Below the pieces are notes generated by a model that was given only the letters and a program-made list of their open reading frames with translations, had not been told where the DNA came from and made no database searches. A program made the position numbers and the translations under genes. A stretch of DNA of 63,912 bases, the filler included, from Octopus bimaculoides (taxonomy: Eukaryota), in NCBI RefSeq assembly GCF_001194135.2. It is 8 parts of 8 records of this genome, joined end to end, with 100 filler letters (N's around TTAATTAATTAA, not from the genome) between each part and the next. Parts side by side here need not be neighbours in the genome. Positions count along the whole stretch, not along the records: positions 48,456 to 53,065 come from NC_068984.1; positions 53,166 to 59,694 come from NC_069000.1; positions 59,795 to 60,912 come from NC_068991.1; positions 61,013 to 62,422 come from NC_068987.1; positions 62,523 to 63,912 come from NC_068981.1; 3 more parts are not named here. The stretch is one strand, 5' to 3'. Shown piece by piece: positions 51,497 through 63,170 of the stretch. Position 1 is the first letter of the stretch. Every line of letters starts with the position of its first letter.

Positions 51497-53065
51497 CAGT
51501 GGCCCGGGAACAAAATTTGCTTAGGGGGTGCAAACTCAGTTTCCAAATTTGGCACTACTGCCCGTGTTAGTCGTAAGTAGTCAAATTTAGCACACAGGTA
51601 AAAAACGAGATGCTCGCTACTTGCTGTAAATGGAGGGTGGGTTATCCATCTAATACAAGAAGAAAATTGCAGATTAATTGAATAAAAACATGAAAAATAA
51701 CAAAATCACATTTCATTGAAAAGTAAACCATTCTGAAAGATAGTTCAGAATGTTTTCAAAACATTCATCTCCAGCTTTTCCCATATTTTATTAAGGGTTA
51801 GGGTTTAAAGTTAGGGGAGGTGAATGTTTTTTCAGTATTCAATGATTATTTTTCACTTTTATATTCAACTTATCTGCAATTTTCTTTTTGTATTACATGG
51901 ATAACCTCGCTCCTTTTACAGCAAGTAGCACGCGTCTGAACATTTAAATGTCAGTTTACCAAGAAAGAAATAATGAAGTTTTAAGTAGTGTTAAAATGGA
52001 AGTAAGCCGAGTTTTTGCATCACTCCATCATTCACACATATATGAAAAAAAACTGTATCAACATATTCCAGAAGTTTTCCTATGCTCACACGTTTTGTTA
52101 ATAAAACGTTTCATGAGGATGTGCAAAGTGTTTTCATCGTATATTTTTTTATGTACATGCATTATGGTACAATGTGTAAGACGGTGCTGTGTCATTGTGG
52201 TATGGAGCCAGGTCTTCAAATGGCGAAGTGCACTGAATGTTCTTTCGCTTGATGCAACAGATACAGGTGAAGACAAGACAAGCTGCGTTAACGCCAACAT
52301 TTGTAGCATACTAGAACGAAAAATAGCATCAGACGCTCTCTATTTTTCAACTATGTCATTAAATGAGTTAGGCAAATTTTCCCTTTCCGTCCATAGGCCA
52401 GCAAGAAGTTTGATTTGAGATGACAGTAAGAGTAAATCAAAAGAAGCAGGTAGAAGCAGGTGCATTTTCAAAGTTAAATACTCCACATTTGACTGCTGAC
52501 AATAGCAACTCCTCTTGCTCAGAGCATACATGTATTCCCTGTTACTGAAACCGGTGAGTTAATTCATTTTCGATGATAGGGAAAAATTGCCGACGCCAGT
52601 CATCGGTGACAAAAAGAGCAACTTCTTCAGTAGTTGTTGTGTGCCTAAAGCGCAGTGGTGTATTTTTAGATCGCGAAATGTTGGGTATTTTCACCAAGTC
52701 AGAAGACTTGGTGAAAGCTACGTGCCACTGGCTCACATACCCCAAATATATCCCCAGCGATTTTAATGCCAAACAAAATGGAAGCTTTGCCAGATTGCTT
52801 TAGCAGCCCTTTAACAGTAGCCTTTGTTGTTGCTCTTAACGAGAAGTCATTAAGAAAGTCAAGCAAAACAATTTTGAATATTCTTATAATTGTTTTCTGC
52901 TTGTTTCAGTGCTGTTGCTCTAATGCACCACCGAGTTGGACACACTGCTTGCAACACAAAGATTTGTCCATTGTGCTTTTCTTTTTGGTGACTCTTTTAC
53001 AAGAATGGCGCATTGATGAACAAAGTTCAGTGCATCAGCTACAAAGGTAACCTTAAAACTAACTT
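51497..53065 (-). mobile_element. Decayed hAT transposon (ZMYM1-like transposase), truncated by a gap
   Basis: Minus-strand fragments include DALNFVHQCAILVKESPKRK, CPTRWCIRATAL (52918-52942), DDWRRQFFPIIENELTHRF and the hATC dimerisation motif SPVSVASSERTFSALRHLKTWLHTTMTQHRL. A candidate terminus CAGTGGCCC lies at 51497. Confidence 0.88.
51616..51929. mobile_element. Foldback/MITE-like element with about 85-bp inverted arms and a central TTAGGG motif
   Basis: 51616-51700 (gctacttgctgtaaa...gttatccat.taatacaa.aagaaaattgcagat...) aligns to the reverse complement of 51846-51929. agggttagggtt lies near 51794. Confidence 0.75.
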
Positions 53066-53165
53066 NNNNNNNNNNNNNNNNNNNNNNNNNNNNNNNNNNN
53101 NNNNNNNNNTTAATTAATTAANNNNNNNNNNNNNNNNNNNNNNNNNNNNNNNNNNNNNNNNNNNN

Positions 53166-53400
53166 AGTGGTGGAGGGGAGGAGGGGGAGGCGGTAGTGGT
53201 GATGCAGTAGGTAGTGATGGAGGAGGTGGCGGTGATGAAGGCTGAGGTTATGGTGGTGATGATGGTGGCAGTGGTGCTGGTTTTGATAATACTGTGGTGG
53301 GTGTGGTGGTAGTGGCGCCGGCGGCGATGGTGGTACGATGGTAATGATAAGTGTGTTTGTGACGGTGAAGGTAGTGGTGGCGGTGAAGGCGTTGGCGAAA
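53166..53400. repeat. GGT/GGA-rich trinucleotide low-complexity tract; complementary-type CAC/CAT tract at 59320-59694; (CAA)n at 60775-60852
   Basis: Directly visible. Confidence 0.9.
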
Positions 53401-53404
53401 GGCT

Positions 53405-53975
53405 TTAACAGGATGAAAGGCAAAGTTGATCTCGGTGGAATTTGAACTCAGAACACAAAGAAGGACGGAAAACTGTTCAAGCATTTCGTCCGACGTGCTA
53501 ACGATTCCGCCAACTCGCTGTCTTGACTTGAATAGTAATAATTCTTTATTATAGACACAAGGCTTGATATTTTGTGGGAAGGAGATAGTCGATTACTGGT
53601 ACTTATTTTTATCGACCCCGAAAGGATGAAAGGTAAAGTCGCCCTCAGTAGAATTTGAACTCAGGATGTAACGACGGGCGAAATACCGCTAAGCATTTTG
53701 TCCAGCGCGCTAACGATTCCGCCAGCATATCGCCTTGGCTTCAATAGTAATAATTTTTTTTTTTTACTAAAGGCACAAGGCCTGAAATTTGGGGGATGTG
53801 GATAGTCGATTACATCGACCCCAGTCTACATCTGACACTTAATTTATCGACCTCGAAAGGATGAAAGGTGAAGTCGACCTCGGCGGAATTTGAACTCAGA
53901 ACGTGAAAACGGGCGAAATACCGCTAAGCGTTTCGTCCAGCGCGCTACCGATTCTGCCAGTACGTTGCCTTGACT
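53405..53975 (-). mobile_element. Three tandem SINE family B copies
   Basis: aggatgaaagg(c/t)aaagt occurs at about 53410, 53625 and 53859, each followed by gaatttgaactcag and gcta(a/c)cgatt. Confidence 0.85.
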
Positions 53976-54134
53976 TCAAAAGACTCAATAAAGAGACTCT
54001 CAGTAATGACGACAACGATTATAAGAACAACTACATCAAGAATAACAATAATAGTTATAAATACATTCCGATTCCAGTGGCGCAATCATCTCTTCATTTC
54101 TATTGTTAGTTGACCCTTGTTTCCTTGCATCATT

Positions 54135-54320
54135 ACAGAAGTCATGGTTCATAGGTCATGACATGGAGGTCATGACCTTAATGGAGTGGGTCAAAACGCT
54201 CACAACTCGTACTAACTCTGTCTCTCAGTAGTTAAAACCTTTGTTTCTTCGCATCATGACATAGGTCATGAATGGGACAGAGGTCATGACCTCGATGAAG
54301 TGAGTCAAAATGAGCGTGAC
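54135..54320. repeat. Two-unit diverged direct repeat (period about 110-114 bp) containing AGGTCATGACCT palindromes
   Basis: ataggtcatga at 54151 and 54261; AGGTCATGACCT at 54167-54178 and 54281-54292; g(g/a)gtcaaaa follows in both units. Confidence 0.75.
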
Positions 54321-54469
54321 GCCACCTAATTCTGATCACATGATCCAACAACTAATTAATCATTATATTGGTAATTATTCTTATTTTATTCTTATTTAAT
54401 TCTTATTTAATTAAATTATTATTTAATTGCTTTGCGTCACTTGCGCTGGTTCTTTGCGTTTTCAGATCG

Positions 54470-54700
54470 TTTCCCGCCGAGGTCAGCTTGACCTTTCAAC
54501 CGTTTGGGGGGCAGGTCGATAAAATAAAGTACCTGCAAAGTATGGGGAGTCAATATATTCAACTGTTCCCTTTCGTCACGAATTTTTGGCCTTTTGCCGA
54601 TTTTAGAAATTATTTCCTTTCCGTTCAGAGGAGTTCAAATCACGCTGAGGTCAACTTTTCCCGGTCATCCTCCCGGGATCCATAAATAAAGTACCAGTCA
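54470..54700 (+). mobile_element. Two partial SINE family B copies
   Basis: cccgccgaggtcagcttgacctttcaaccgtttgggggggcaggtcgataaaataaagtacc, and gagttcaaatcacgctgaggtcaac...ataaagtaccagt. Confidence 0.7.
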
Positions 54701-55719
54701 TGAACTGCAGTTTCTCTCTTCCTCTCTCACACACACGCACACACACACGTACATACTCATCCCTCGCATCTTTCTCTTCCATATTGCATCCCCAATACTA
54801 AAAGATTGAATGTTTTCGTATGCAAACCACATACCCAAACAATCCTGACACATTCTCGATGATCTTAGTAAGACCCTTAAGAAAAAATTCGAGGCTCACA
54901 CAACAGCCCATATCATCTATAGGAACAGAAGTACAGAAACATGTTTTTGTGGCTGGATTTTTTTTTCTTTAAATTTCTGCCTGCCCAGATATGAAGAAAT
55001 ACGGAGACACATTTTGATAGTTATCTTGGCAGATGGAAGCATNNNNNNNNNNNNNNNNNNNNNNNNNNNNNNNNNNNNNNNNNNNNNNNNNNNNNNNNNN
55101 NNNNNNNNNNNNNNNNNNNNNNNNNNNNNNNNNNNNNNNNNNNNNNNNNNNNNNNNNNNNNNNNNNNNNNNNNNNNNNNNNNNNNNNNNNNNNNNNNNNN
55201 NNNNNNNNNNNNNNNNNNNNNNNNNNNNNNNNNNNNNNNNNNNNNNNNNNNNNNNNNNNNNNNNNNNNNNNNNNNNNNNNNNNNNNNNNNNNNNNNNNNN
55301 NNNNNNNNNNNNNNNNNNNNNNNNNNNNNNNNNNNNNNNNNNNNNNNNNNNNNNNNNNNNNNNNNNNNNNNNNNNNNNNNNNNNNNNNNNNNNNNNNNNN
55401 NNNNNNNNNNNNNNNNNNNNNNNNNNNNNNNNNNNNNNNNNNNNNNNNNNNNNNNNNNTATATATATATATATATATATATATGAGCGTATGTATATATG
55501 CATGTATGTATATATGTGTGTATGCATTTTTGTGTGGAGTGTAGAACGACGGTTAGAAAGTTGTTCGACAATTTGTATCTACACGGATCTTCTCTCTAAT
55601 ATGTTTTATTAAACTATCTATACATAATCAAGGTAACCTCATTAGAGTACAACATGTAATGTATACGTCATATCCTCTCTCTACCTTTATACATACATAC
55701 ATACATGTACATATACATA

Positions 55720-55918
55720 TACTTGATGGGGCGCTGGAAAGTTCCTGGTTTCGGGTAAAAGAAAATACAGGAGGATCAATTAATTACGATTTTAACCATC
55801 ATATTCCTTTCCCTCTCTCAAGTTCACACGCTTAAGGCAGCAGTCCTTAAGTTTTTCTAAGCCCTCTAAAAGAACTCGGAAGATTGGGCCTCCAGCCGAA
55901 GACTTTTCAGCACTTCCT
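55720..55918. mobile_element. Mariner-type MITE (copy 3), right end abutting a SINE
   Basis: Left end gatggggcgctggaaagttcctgg and right end gacttttcagcacttcc. Same internal sequence as copies 1 and 2. Confidence 0.75.
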
Positions 55919-56030
55919 TGGTCGGTCCGAGGCTATAGCGGAAGACACTTGCCTAAGGTGCCACGCAGTGGGACTGAACCCGGAACAACGTGGCTGGGAA
56001 GCAAGATTCTTGCCACATAGCTACGCCAGC
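55919..56030 (-). mobile_element. SINE family A, 5' portion
   Basis: tggtcggtccgaggctatagcggaagacacttgcctaaggtgccacgcagtgggactgaacccgg... Confidence 0.8.
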
Positions 56031-56102
56031 GATGTATGTATGTATGTATGTATGTATGTATATATATATGTATATATATATGTATGTATGTATATGTACA
56101 TG

Positions 56103-56136
<34 letters not shown>

Positions 56137-56210
56137 TGTATGTANNNNNNNNNNTATATATATATATATATATGTATGTATATATATATATATATATGTG
56201 TATATGGGTG

Positions 56211-56243
<33 letters not shown>

Positions 56244-57048
56244 GTATATATTGGAGAGATACTGTAACATATACACCTGCTAGTGTGGGTGAATATATAC
56301 ATACATACATACATGTGTGTGTGTGTGTGTGTGTGTGCATTTATATACATAATAATCATAATAATTTCATGCTTTAGATTCAGTTTTTGCATATTTCATC
56401 TCAAAATATTTATTTACGGTTATTGGTAACTAATGTTTTTCTATTCACGTCTCCCTTGTGGCAAATACATTTTTTTACTTTCTTCGTTGTTCTTTTAACT
56501 TTGTTTTGATTACCTTGAACAACCATTTTCTATCTCTTATGTAACTTCCATCTCTCCTCTGCCACCTTCCGAACTGTTTCCTATTTCCGACTCCTTATTT
56601 CCTCCTCCTCCTCCTCCGCCTCTCTTGTATCTTTTCTCATCACCATCCTCTTCCTCCTTCTTCTCCTCTTCATCTCAATCTCCATAATTCTTCGTGTCTC
56701 TCCGTTGCCCGAAACCATGTCGTCGTTGCAAGACTTCATTTCCTGATGAATTAGCAAATTAAACAATCACATAAAAATTTTAAAAAACAACTATATTTAC
56801 AAAAATAATAATCATTACGACAACAACAACAGCAACAACAACAAACAGTTATTATCATCTGACAACACAAACAGTTACAGCGTTTACATTAACTGATTTC
56901 AAAGGCAATTTTAAAACGGCATAAAATATATTGATTTCCTAGTTTAGGCAAACGGTCACATACATTTTTCAATGTTGCGATGCTAGAAATAGAGGAACAG
57001 CGAGATCACAGAGCTGAATGATCATACATACATACATACATGCATACA

Positions 57049-57116
<68 letters not shown>

Positions 57117-57689
57117 GTCACTTCTGCAATGTAAGTACATCTTTGGACTTTTCCCTTTCCGACAAAGAGCTATGTTCGAAACGTCAAATTCTCTCCTTTC
57201 ACTGAACGTCATGCTAATACGTGTGTGTGTGTTCGTGTAAGTCGAGCGCGCGCGTAAACTAATAACAAAATTTTTAAAAAATCTAAAATAAAGATAAAGC
57301 TTTGAAATATCGCATATTTAAATGTAATACATATATGTTTGTAGATGTGTGTCTGTGAATGTGTGAATGTATACACACACATATACACACACAGTTGGAT
57401 ACTGAAAACGAATTCAGAAACAAATGTAGAAAAAGAATACCGAAAAAGACAACAGATGTGATGACGAACATGGGGAAAAATACCCCAATGTTAGAAAACA
57501 AAATTTCTGGAAAGTATTGAAATGTGAGGAACATGCTGAAATATATTCAAATTGGATTACATCAGTTTGTTGGCTGCTAATTAAAGAAACTGTAGAAGAA
57601 GAAGAGATGGTAGCAAAATTTAGAGAGCAGTTTACTATGACGAACTTCAGTATAGATGTCTCTTATAGGCTATATAAGCAGGCCCGTTT

Positions 57690-57975
57690 GACAACCAAGA
57701 ATTTCAATAGGTTCAGTCCCACGTTGGAAAAATTGGCTTCTACTATAGTTCCGGGCCGATCAACGCCTTCAAAGGAAACTTGGTAGGCGAAACTGTGCGG
57801 AAGCCCGTCGATGCTGGTGTGTTTACGTCCCCGTAACTTAGCGGTTCGGCGAAAGAGTCCGATAGAATAAGTACTACACTTACAAAGAATAAGTCCCGGG
57901 GTCGATTTGCTCGACTAAAGGCGGTGCTCCAGTATGGCCGCAGTTAAATGACTGAAACAAGTAAAAGAGAGTAAA
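57690..57975 (+). mobile_element. SINE family A copy lacking the internal microsatellite
   Basis: Head ...ggttcagtcccac...ggaagcccgtcg is joined directly to atgctggtgtgtttacgtccccgtaacttagcggttcggc... and the normal tail. Confidence 0.8.
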
Positions 57976-57980
57976 AGATA

Positions 57981-58015
<35 letters not shown>

Positions 58016-58709
58016 AAGGGACTTCTTTGTTTCTGTCTACCAAATCCACGATAGTAGAAGACATTATACATCATACATCATACACGCTCTCACTCAAATA
58101 CATATAATACATACGCATTCACACACCCAAATTATGTGTCAATGTGTATTTGAGTGTGTGTGCGTGTGTATGTGCGCGCGCGTCTTTCTGTGTCTGTCTG
58201 CTTGCCTGCCTGTGACTTGGCGAACGTCTGCATCTGTCTGTATGTCTATAACTAAAATATTTGTTTACATTTGTGCATAAGGGAGGATGGCTGCAAGTTC
58301 CGTGATGGGAATATATTATTAATCTTCTTTATCCTGCTTCTGAATTTGGTTTGCAATCCTTGTCGTTTCTACAAAATATTTTTTAAAAAAAACAAACAAA
58401 TAATACGAAAAGTGTGTAGAAGACGAATGCAGGCAACTTGCTGTGTGTTACAATCTAGTTAGGCTAATAGGGGATCCTGTTTATTTATTTATTTATTTAC
58501 TAGATTATATATATATAAATGTCGTTTTTTGGGGGGTTTTTTTGCTATTGTGTTTCTTTGTCTAAGTGACAGAATCCAATGGAAAAAATCTGGAAATGAA
58601 TGAAAATAAAAATGTTGGAAAGAACCAAAGAGCTTGAGCCAGATAGCTAGCAAGCTGGCAAGATGGCCAAGCTAGCTAGATAAATGTATAGATAAATGTA
58701 TAGATAGAT

Positions 58710-58791
<82 letters not shown>

Positions 58792-58869
58792 CGTAGTTAG
58801 GTATGTATGTATGTAGGTAGGTAGGTCATCAGACAGATGGATGGGTTGATAGATCGATGATAGATCGAT

Positions 58870-58914
<45 letters not shown>

Positions 58915-59795
58915 GGAGTGAGAGACAGACAGACACAGACAAACAGATAGATAGATATTTTTTTAGAGGAATGCAAATAGGAAAAATGAAAATGCGATAT
59001 AAACATAACCAGAAAAGACAAGTAGACAATAAAAATGTTCCTTCAGTTAATTAATCTCCTCTTCCATATTTCTCCTCTTGGCATTGTCACACGTCTCCCT
59101 CTCACAGATTCTTCGAGTCCTACTCGACAGTCAAACTAATTAGAGAGAGAGAGAGGCAGGCAGGCAGACAAGCAGGCAGGCAGACAAGCAGGCAGGCAGG
59201 CAGGCAGGCAGGCAGGTAGACAGCGTTGTCATTCCAAAAGTATCGAGGCTTGTTCCTGATTCTGCGGCTATTTCATGGCACCAAATCAGCGAATATTTCA
59301 CATCTACTCATACACTACCACCTCCACCGCTGTCACCACCACCACACCAACAACAGCAACAACAACAACATCTGTACTTCAATTTCTTAATCCAGCCATT
59401 ACTGTATTCTTACCACCACTACCATCACCACACATTCAGCCACCAGGACGGCCATAATTATTCTCATCGCCTCGTCGTCATCATCATCATCATCATCATC
59501 GTCGTCGTCTTCGTCCTGTTTACCATCATTATCAGCAGTAGCATCGTTTATCATCACTGTGAACACTTATCACCCCACCCCCGTCCTCATCGTCGCCATC
59601 ATCATCGCTATCATCATCATCATCATCATCATCATCTTTCATCACCGCCGCCACCACCACTGCCCCAGCAATCCAACAATACAAACCAGCCCACNNNNNN
59701 NNNNNNNNNNNNNNNNNNNNNNNNNNNNNNNNNNNNNNTTAATTAATTAANNNNNNNNNNNNNNNNNNNNNNNNNNNNNNNNNNNNNNNNNNNNA

Positions 59796-60395
59796 GCGGT
59801 TCAGCAAAAGAGACTGATTGAGTAAGTACCAAGCTTTAAAATATCAGTCGTGTGGTCGATTTGTTTGACTAATAACCTTCAGTGTGGTACCCCAGCATGG
59901 CCGCAATCAAAAATGACTGAAACAAGTACAAGAATAAAGATTCTCATTTATGTGTCGTGTGTTCGTCTTCGTCCATGTCTTCACCGTTTGCTCATTATTC
60001 CCAGCAATTTTTCGCCAACAAAAATGAACAATATTATCGTTAAAGGCGTGAAATCGTATTGATTTTCTTTTTTGGACGATAACTAACGGGGTAAGAGCAT
60101 GTCCACACCTTGTGTGTGAATTTTCGCTTTGTCGTGCCTCCGTTTAATTATTGAAACTAGAATGTTAGCTGTTTCTTTGGACGGTAAGCTTTCTGTGATC
60201 CTGCAGCAAGAAATAGCAACAATATATATGGCACCAAAAACTATACTTTCGCTTTTCTGTGTTTGAGTCACAGGACTGTGGCCATGCTGGAGCACCGCCT
60301 TGAAGGATTTTAGCCGAACAAATAGAACCATGTGCTTTTTATTATTTTTATTCTTTTACTTGCTTCAGTTAAGTGACTGCGGCCATGTTGGAGGA
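59796..60395. mobile_element. Three 3'-end fragments of SINE family A (+ at 59796-59940; - at about 60255-60330 and 60335-60395)
   Basis: Tail motif cagcatggccgca...atgactgaaacaag and its reverse complement. Confidence 0.65.
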
Positions 60396-60397
60396 TG

Positions 60398-60735
60398 GCT
60401 GCTGGAAGACCCTATATATGGCAACAAGACACTGCACCGAACCACACAAACAGGAGAACCCAGTCATGGCTGTCAGACGATTTCTGCGACTACATCACCC
60501 CTAACATCTGGCCACTTAACTCCTCAGACTGCAATCCACTTGATTATTATGTGTGGGGCGCAGTTGAGTAAGAGACCAACAAAACTCCTTATAACACCAA
60601 AGCTGAACCGAAAGCAAGGATTATGACAGCATTCACCAACTTAAACAAGGAGACCATCCAGAAGAGTTGCAGGAGATTCTGAAGTCGTCTGGAGGTGTGG
60701 TTGAAGCCAATGGCGTTTCTATTGAATAAATTTTT
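60398..60735 (+). mobile_element. DD37D (maT family) transposase C-terminal fragment with stops
   Basis: Reads AGRPYIWQQDTAPNHTNRRTQSWLSDDFCDYITPNIWPLNSSDCNPLDYYVWGAVE*ETNKTPYNTKAEPKARIMTAFTNLNKETIQKSCRRF*SRLE. I count 37 residues between the QQD Asp and the NPLD Asp. Confidence 0.85.
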
Positions 60736-60772
60736 GCCCGGTGTTCTAACAATTCTGACAGCTTACCGCCTG

Positions 60773-60815
<43 letters not shown>

Positions 60816-61012
60816 GCAGCAATAGCAGCAACAGCAACAACAACAACAACAACTCTTTCTTCTATAGGCACAAGGCCTGAAATTTGTAGGGTGGGGACCA
60901 GTCGATTAGACCNNNNNNNNNNNNNNNNNNNNNNNNNNNNNNNNNNNNNNNNNNNNTTAATTAATTAANNNNNNNNNNNNNNNNNNNNNNNNNNNNNNNN
61001 NNNNNNNNNNNN

Positions 61013-61054
<42 letters not shown>

Positions 61055-61396
61055 TTGTATAAATATTTTTGTACATGCATGTACATATATACACACACAT
61101 GCACACACAAACATACACACACATATACACACATACACACATACATATATTATATCATATTATATTATATTATGGGGTCTCATATTTTACTACCTTTGGA
61201 AAATAAAACATGATTTTATTGCTCCTGATGAAATATAAGGTGACAATAGCTTTATATCATTGCATGACCTACTGAATATCCACAGCACAGCATCAGATTT
61301 ATAAAAGCATTAAAAGGTTTTATAAAATACAATGAATAGGCCAATTCTATCACCCACACTACAGTGTATATACGGTGACGAGTGAAAATTCTGTAA

Positions 61397-61640
61397 ATAA
61401 TAATTATAAGCTTTAAGATTATAAGTATTTACCGTATATTGGCAATAGAAAATAGTCTATTATTGGGGCACATAAGCCCTCGGCGAAAAAAAATGGGTAT
61501 TTGTACACGTAGGGATCGAATCCACTCCTCTTATTTTCGAGAATTCCACGTGTATTAACATCCATTTTTTTCCCGTCTAGGGCTTATGTGCACCAATATT
61601 ACACTATTTTCTATATCCAATTTAGGGTGAACGCTTATAA
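61397..61640. repeat. Head-to-head inverted pair of a SINE-like element
   Basis: attggcaatagaaaatagtctattattggggcacataagccct... aligns with the reverse complement of ...agggcttatgtgcaccaatattacactattttctatatccaat. A single related + copy lies at about 14990-15155. Confidence 0.7.
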
Positions 61641-61657
61641 GCTTAAAACTTATTATT

Positions 61658-61727
<70 letters not shown>

Positions 61728-62236
61728 CTTTCTATTTATTTTGCAAGAATTTTGATTTGAAGACGAATATTGAAAACGATATTACTATATTTTGGTGAGT
61801 CGTATTAGAGCCTAAAAATACAGTTACTGGTTCTGATTCACTTTATATTTTATTTTGGTTGTAGGCCTTCAAACCAGCATACACACTCACCTGTTGTGAC
61901 TCACTTCATGCTGTTAATTATAAGTGAATCACAACCAGTAAGTGTGTATGTAGTCTTTACTATGACTCTCCCATAATATGATAATATATATATGTAAATC
62001 CAAGAAAGTTAGGGGCTGTGAATCCAACCCACTAAGGAATAATATCTAGCCAATATACTACTGGAGGAATACCCAATTATTATTACACTAGTGCTTTTTC
62101 ATTGTATTACCAAGTGCAATAAATGGGTGCGGATAAAAAGATATTTTACCATTAATTTATAAAGCAATAAGGAAATGGAGGGGAATAGGTGGTATTCATC
62201 AACTTGTAGATATTGTATTGTGTCAATTTACTTGTT

Positions 62237-62422
62237 TATTTGTTTACTAAAAGGACAATAATAACAATATACAAACGCATGTGATATATTATGTTATATC
62301 GAAACAGCTGTAAATCATTATCCCATTTTCTGTCACTATATGTCATTTTTAAATTACTGATATGACATAATATGTCACATGTATTTGTATATTGTTATTA
62401 TTGTCCTTTTAGTAAACAAATA
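62237..62422. repeat. Near-perfect 64-bp inverted repeat with 58-bp spacer (MITE-like), abutting a gap
   Basis: 62237-62300 versus the reverse complement of 62359-62422: 60/64 identical, and all 4 mismatches are transitions. Confidence 0.9.
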
Positions 62423-62894
62423 NNNNNNNNNNNNNNNNNNNNNNNNNNNNNNNNNNNNNNNNNNNNTTAATTAATTAANNNNNNNNNNNNNNNNNNNNNN
62501 NNNNNNNNNNNNNNNNNNNNNNACGCTCGCCTCCCCCACCTCCAAACACTTTCACATCACACCATGCTACCCCATATCACACAACACATCACTTCACAAC
62601 ACACCACTACGCACACACCAGCACTGACCAATTCGCGTCCCTACATTTTCACGCCTTCACACCTACATACACAGTTTTGACTGTTATTTCAAGCAGGTAG
62701 ACATACCTAGTATGTCCTTTGATTAATGCTAATTCTTCGGCTATTTTAAAACTATTTTTGGCCTGCATATCGCCTGCATCATCGATTCTGTTATTATCAT
62801 TTTTTAAATAATTATATTGGATAATAATAGAAGAAATGATATCTTCGCAAATTAATTTTTCATGAATTATTTTTCTCGTATATTGCTTACTATT

Positions 62895-62929
<35 letters not shown>

Positions 62930-63078
62930 ACTTTATTATTAAAACTGCAAGAATATCACAAAAATATCACACCTTCCCGATCGTCGGACAGTTTAGACAC
63001 TCAATACCTCCGATATACGAGTACTTATTTTCCAACCTTATTTCATATTTATGTGTTTATTTTGCTATATATATATAT

Positions 63079-63109
<31 letters not shown>

Positions 63110-63130
63110 TATATAGGTACAAAGATACTC

Positions 63131-63170
<40 letters not shown>

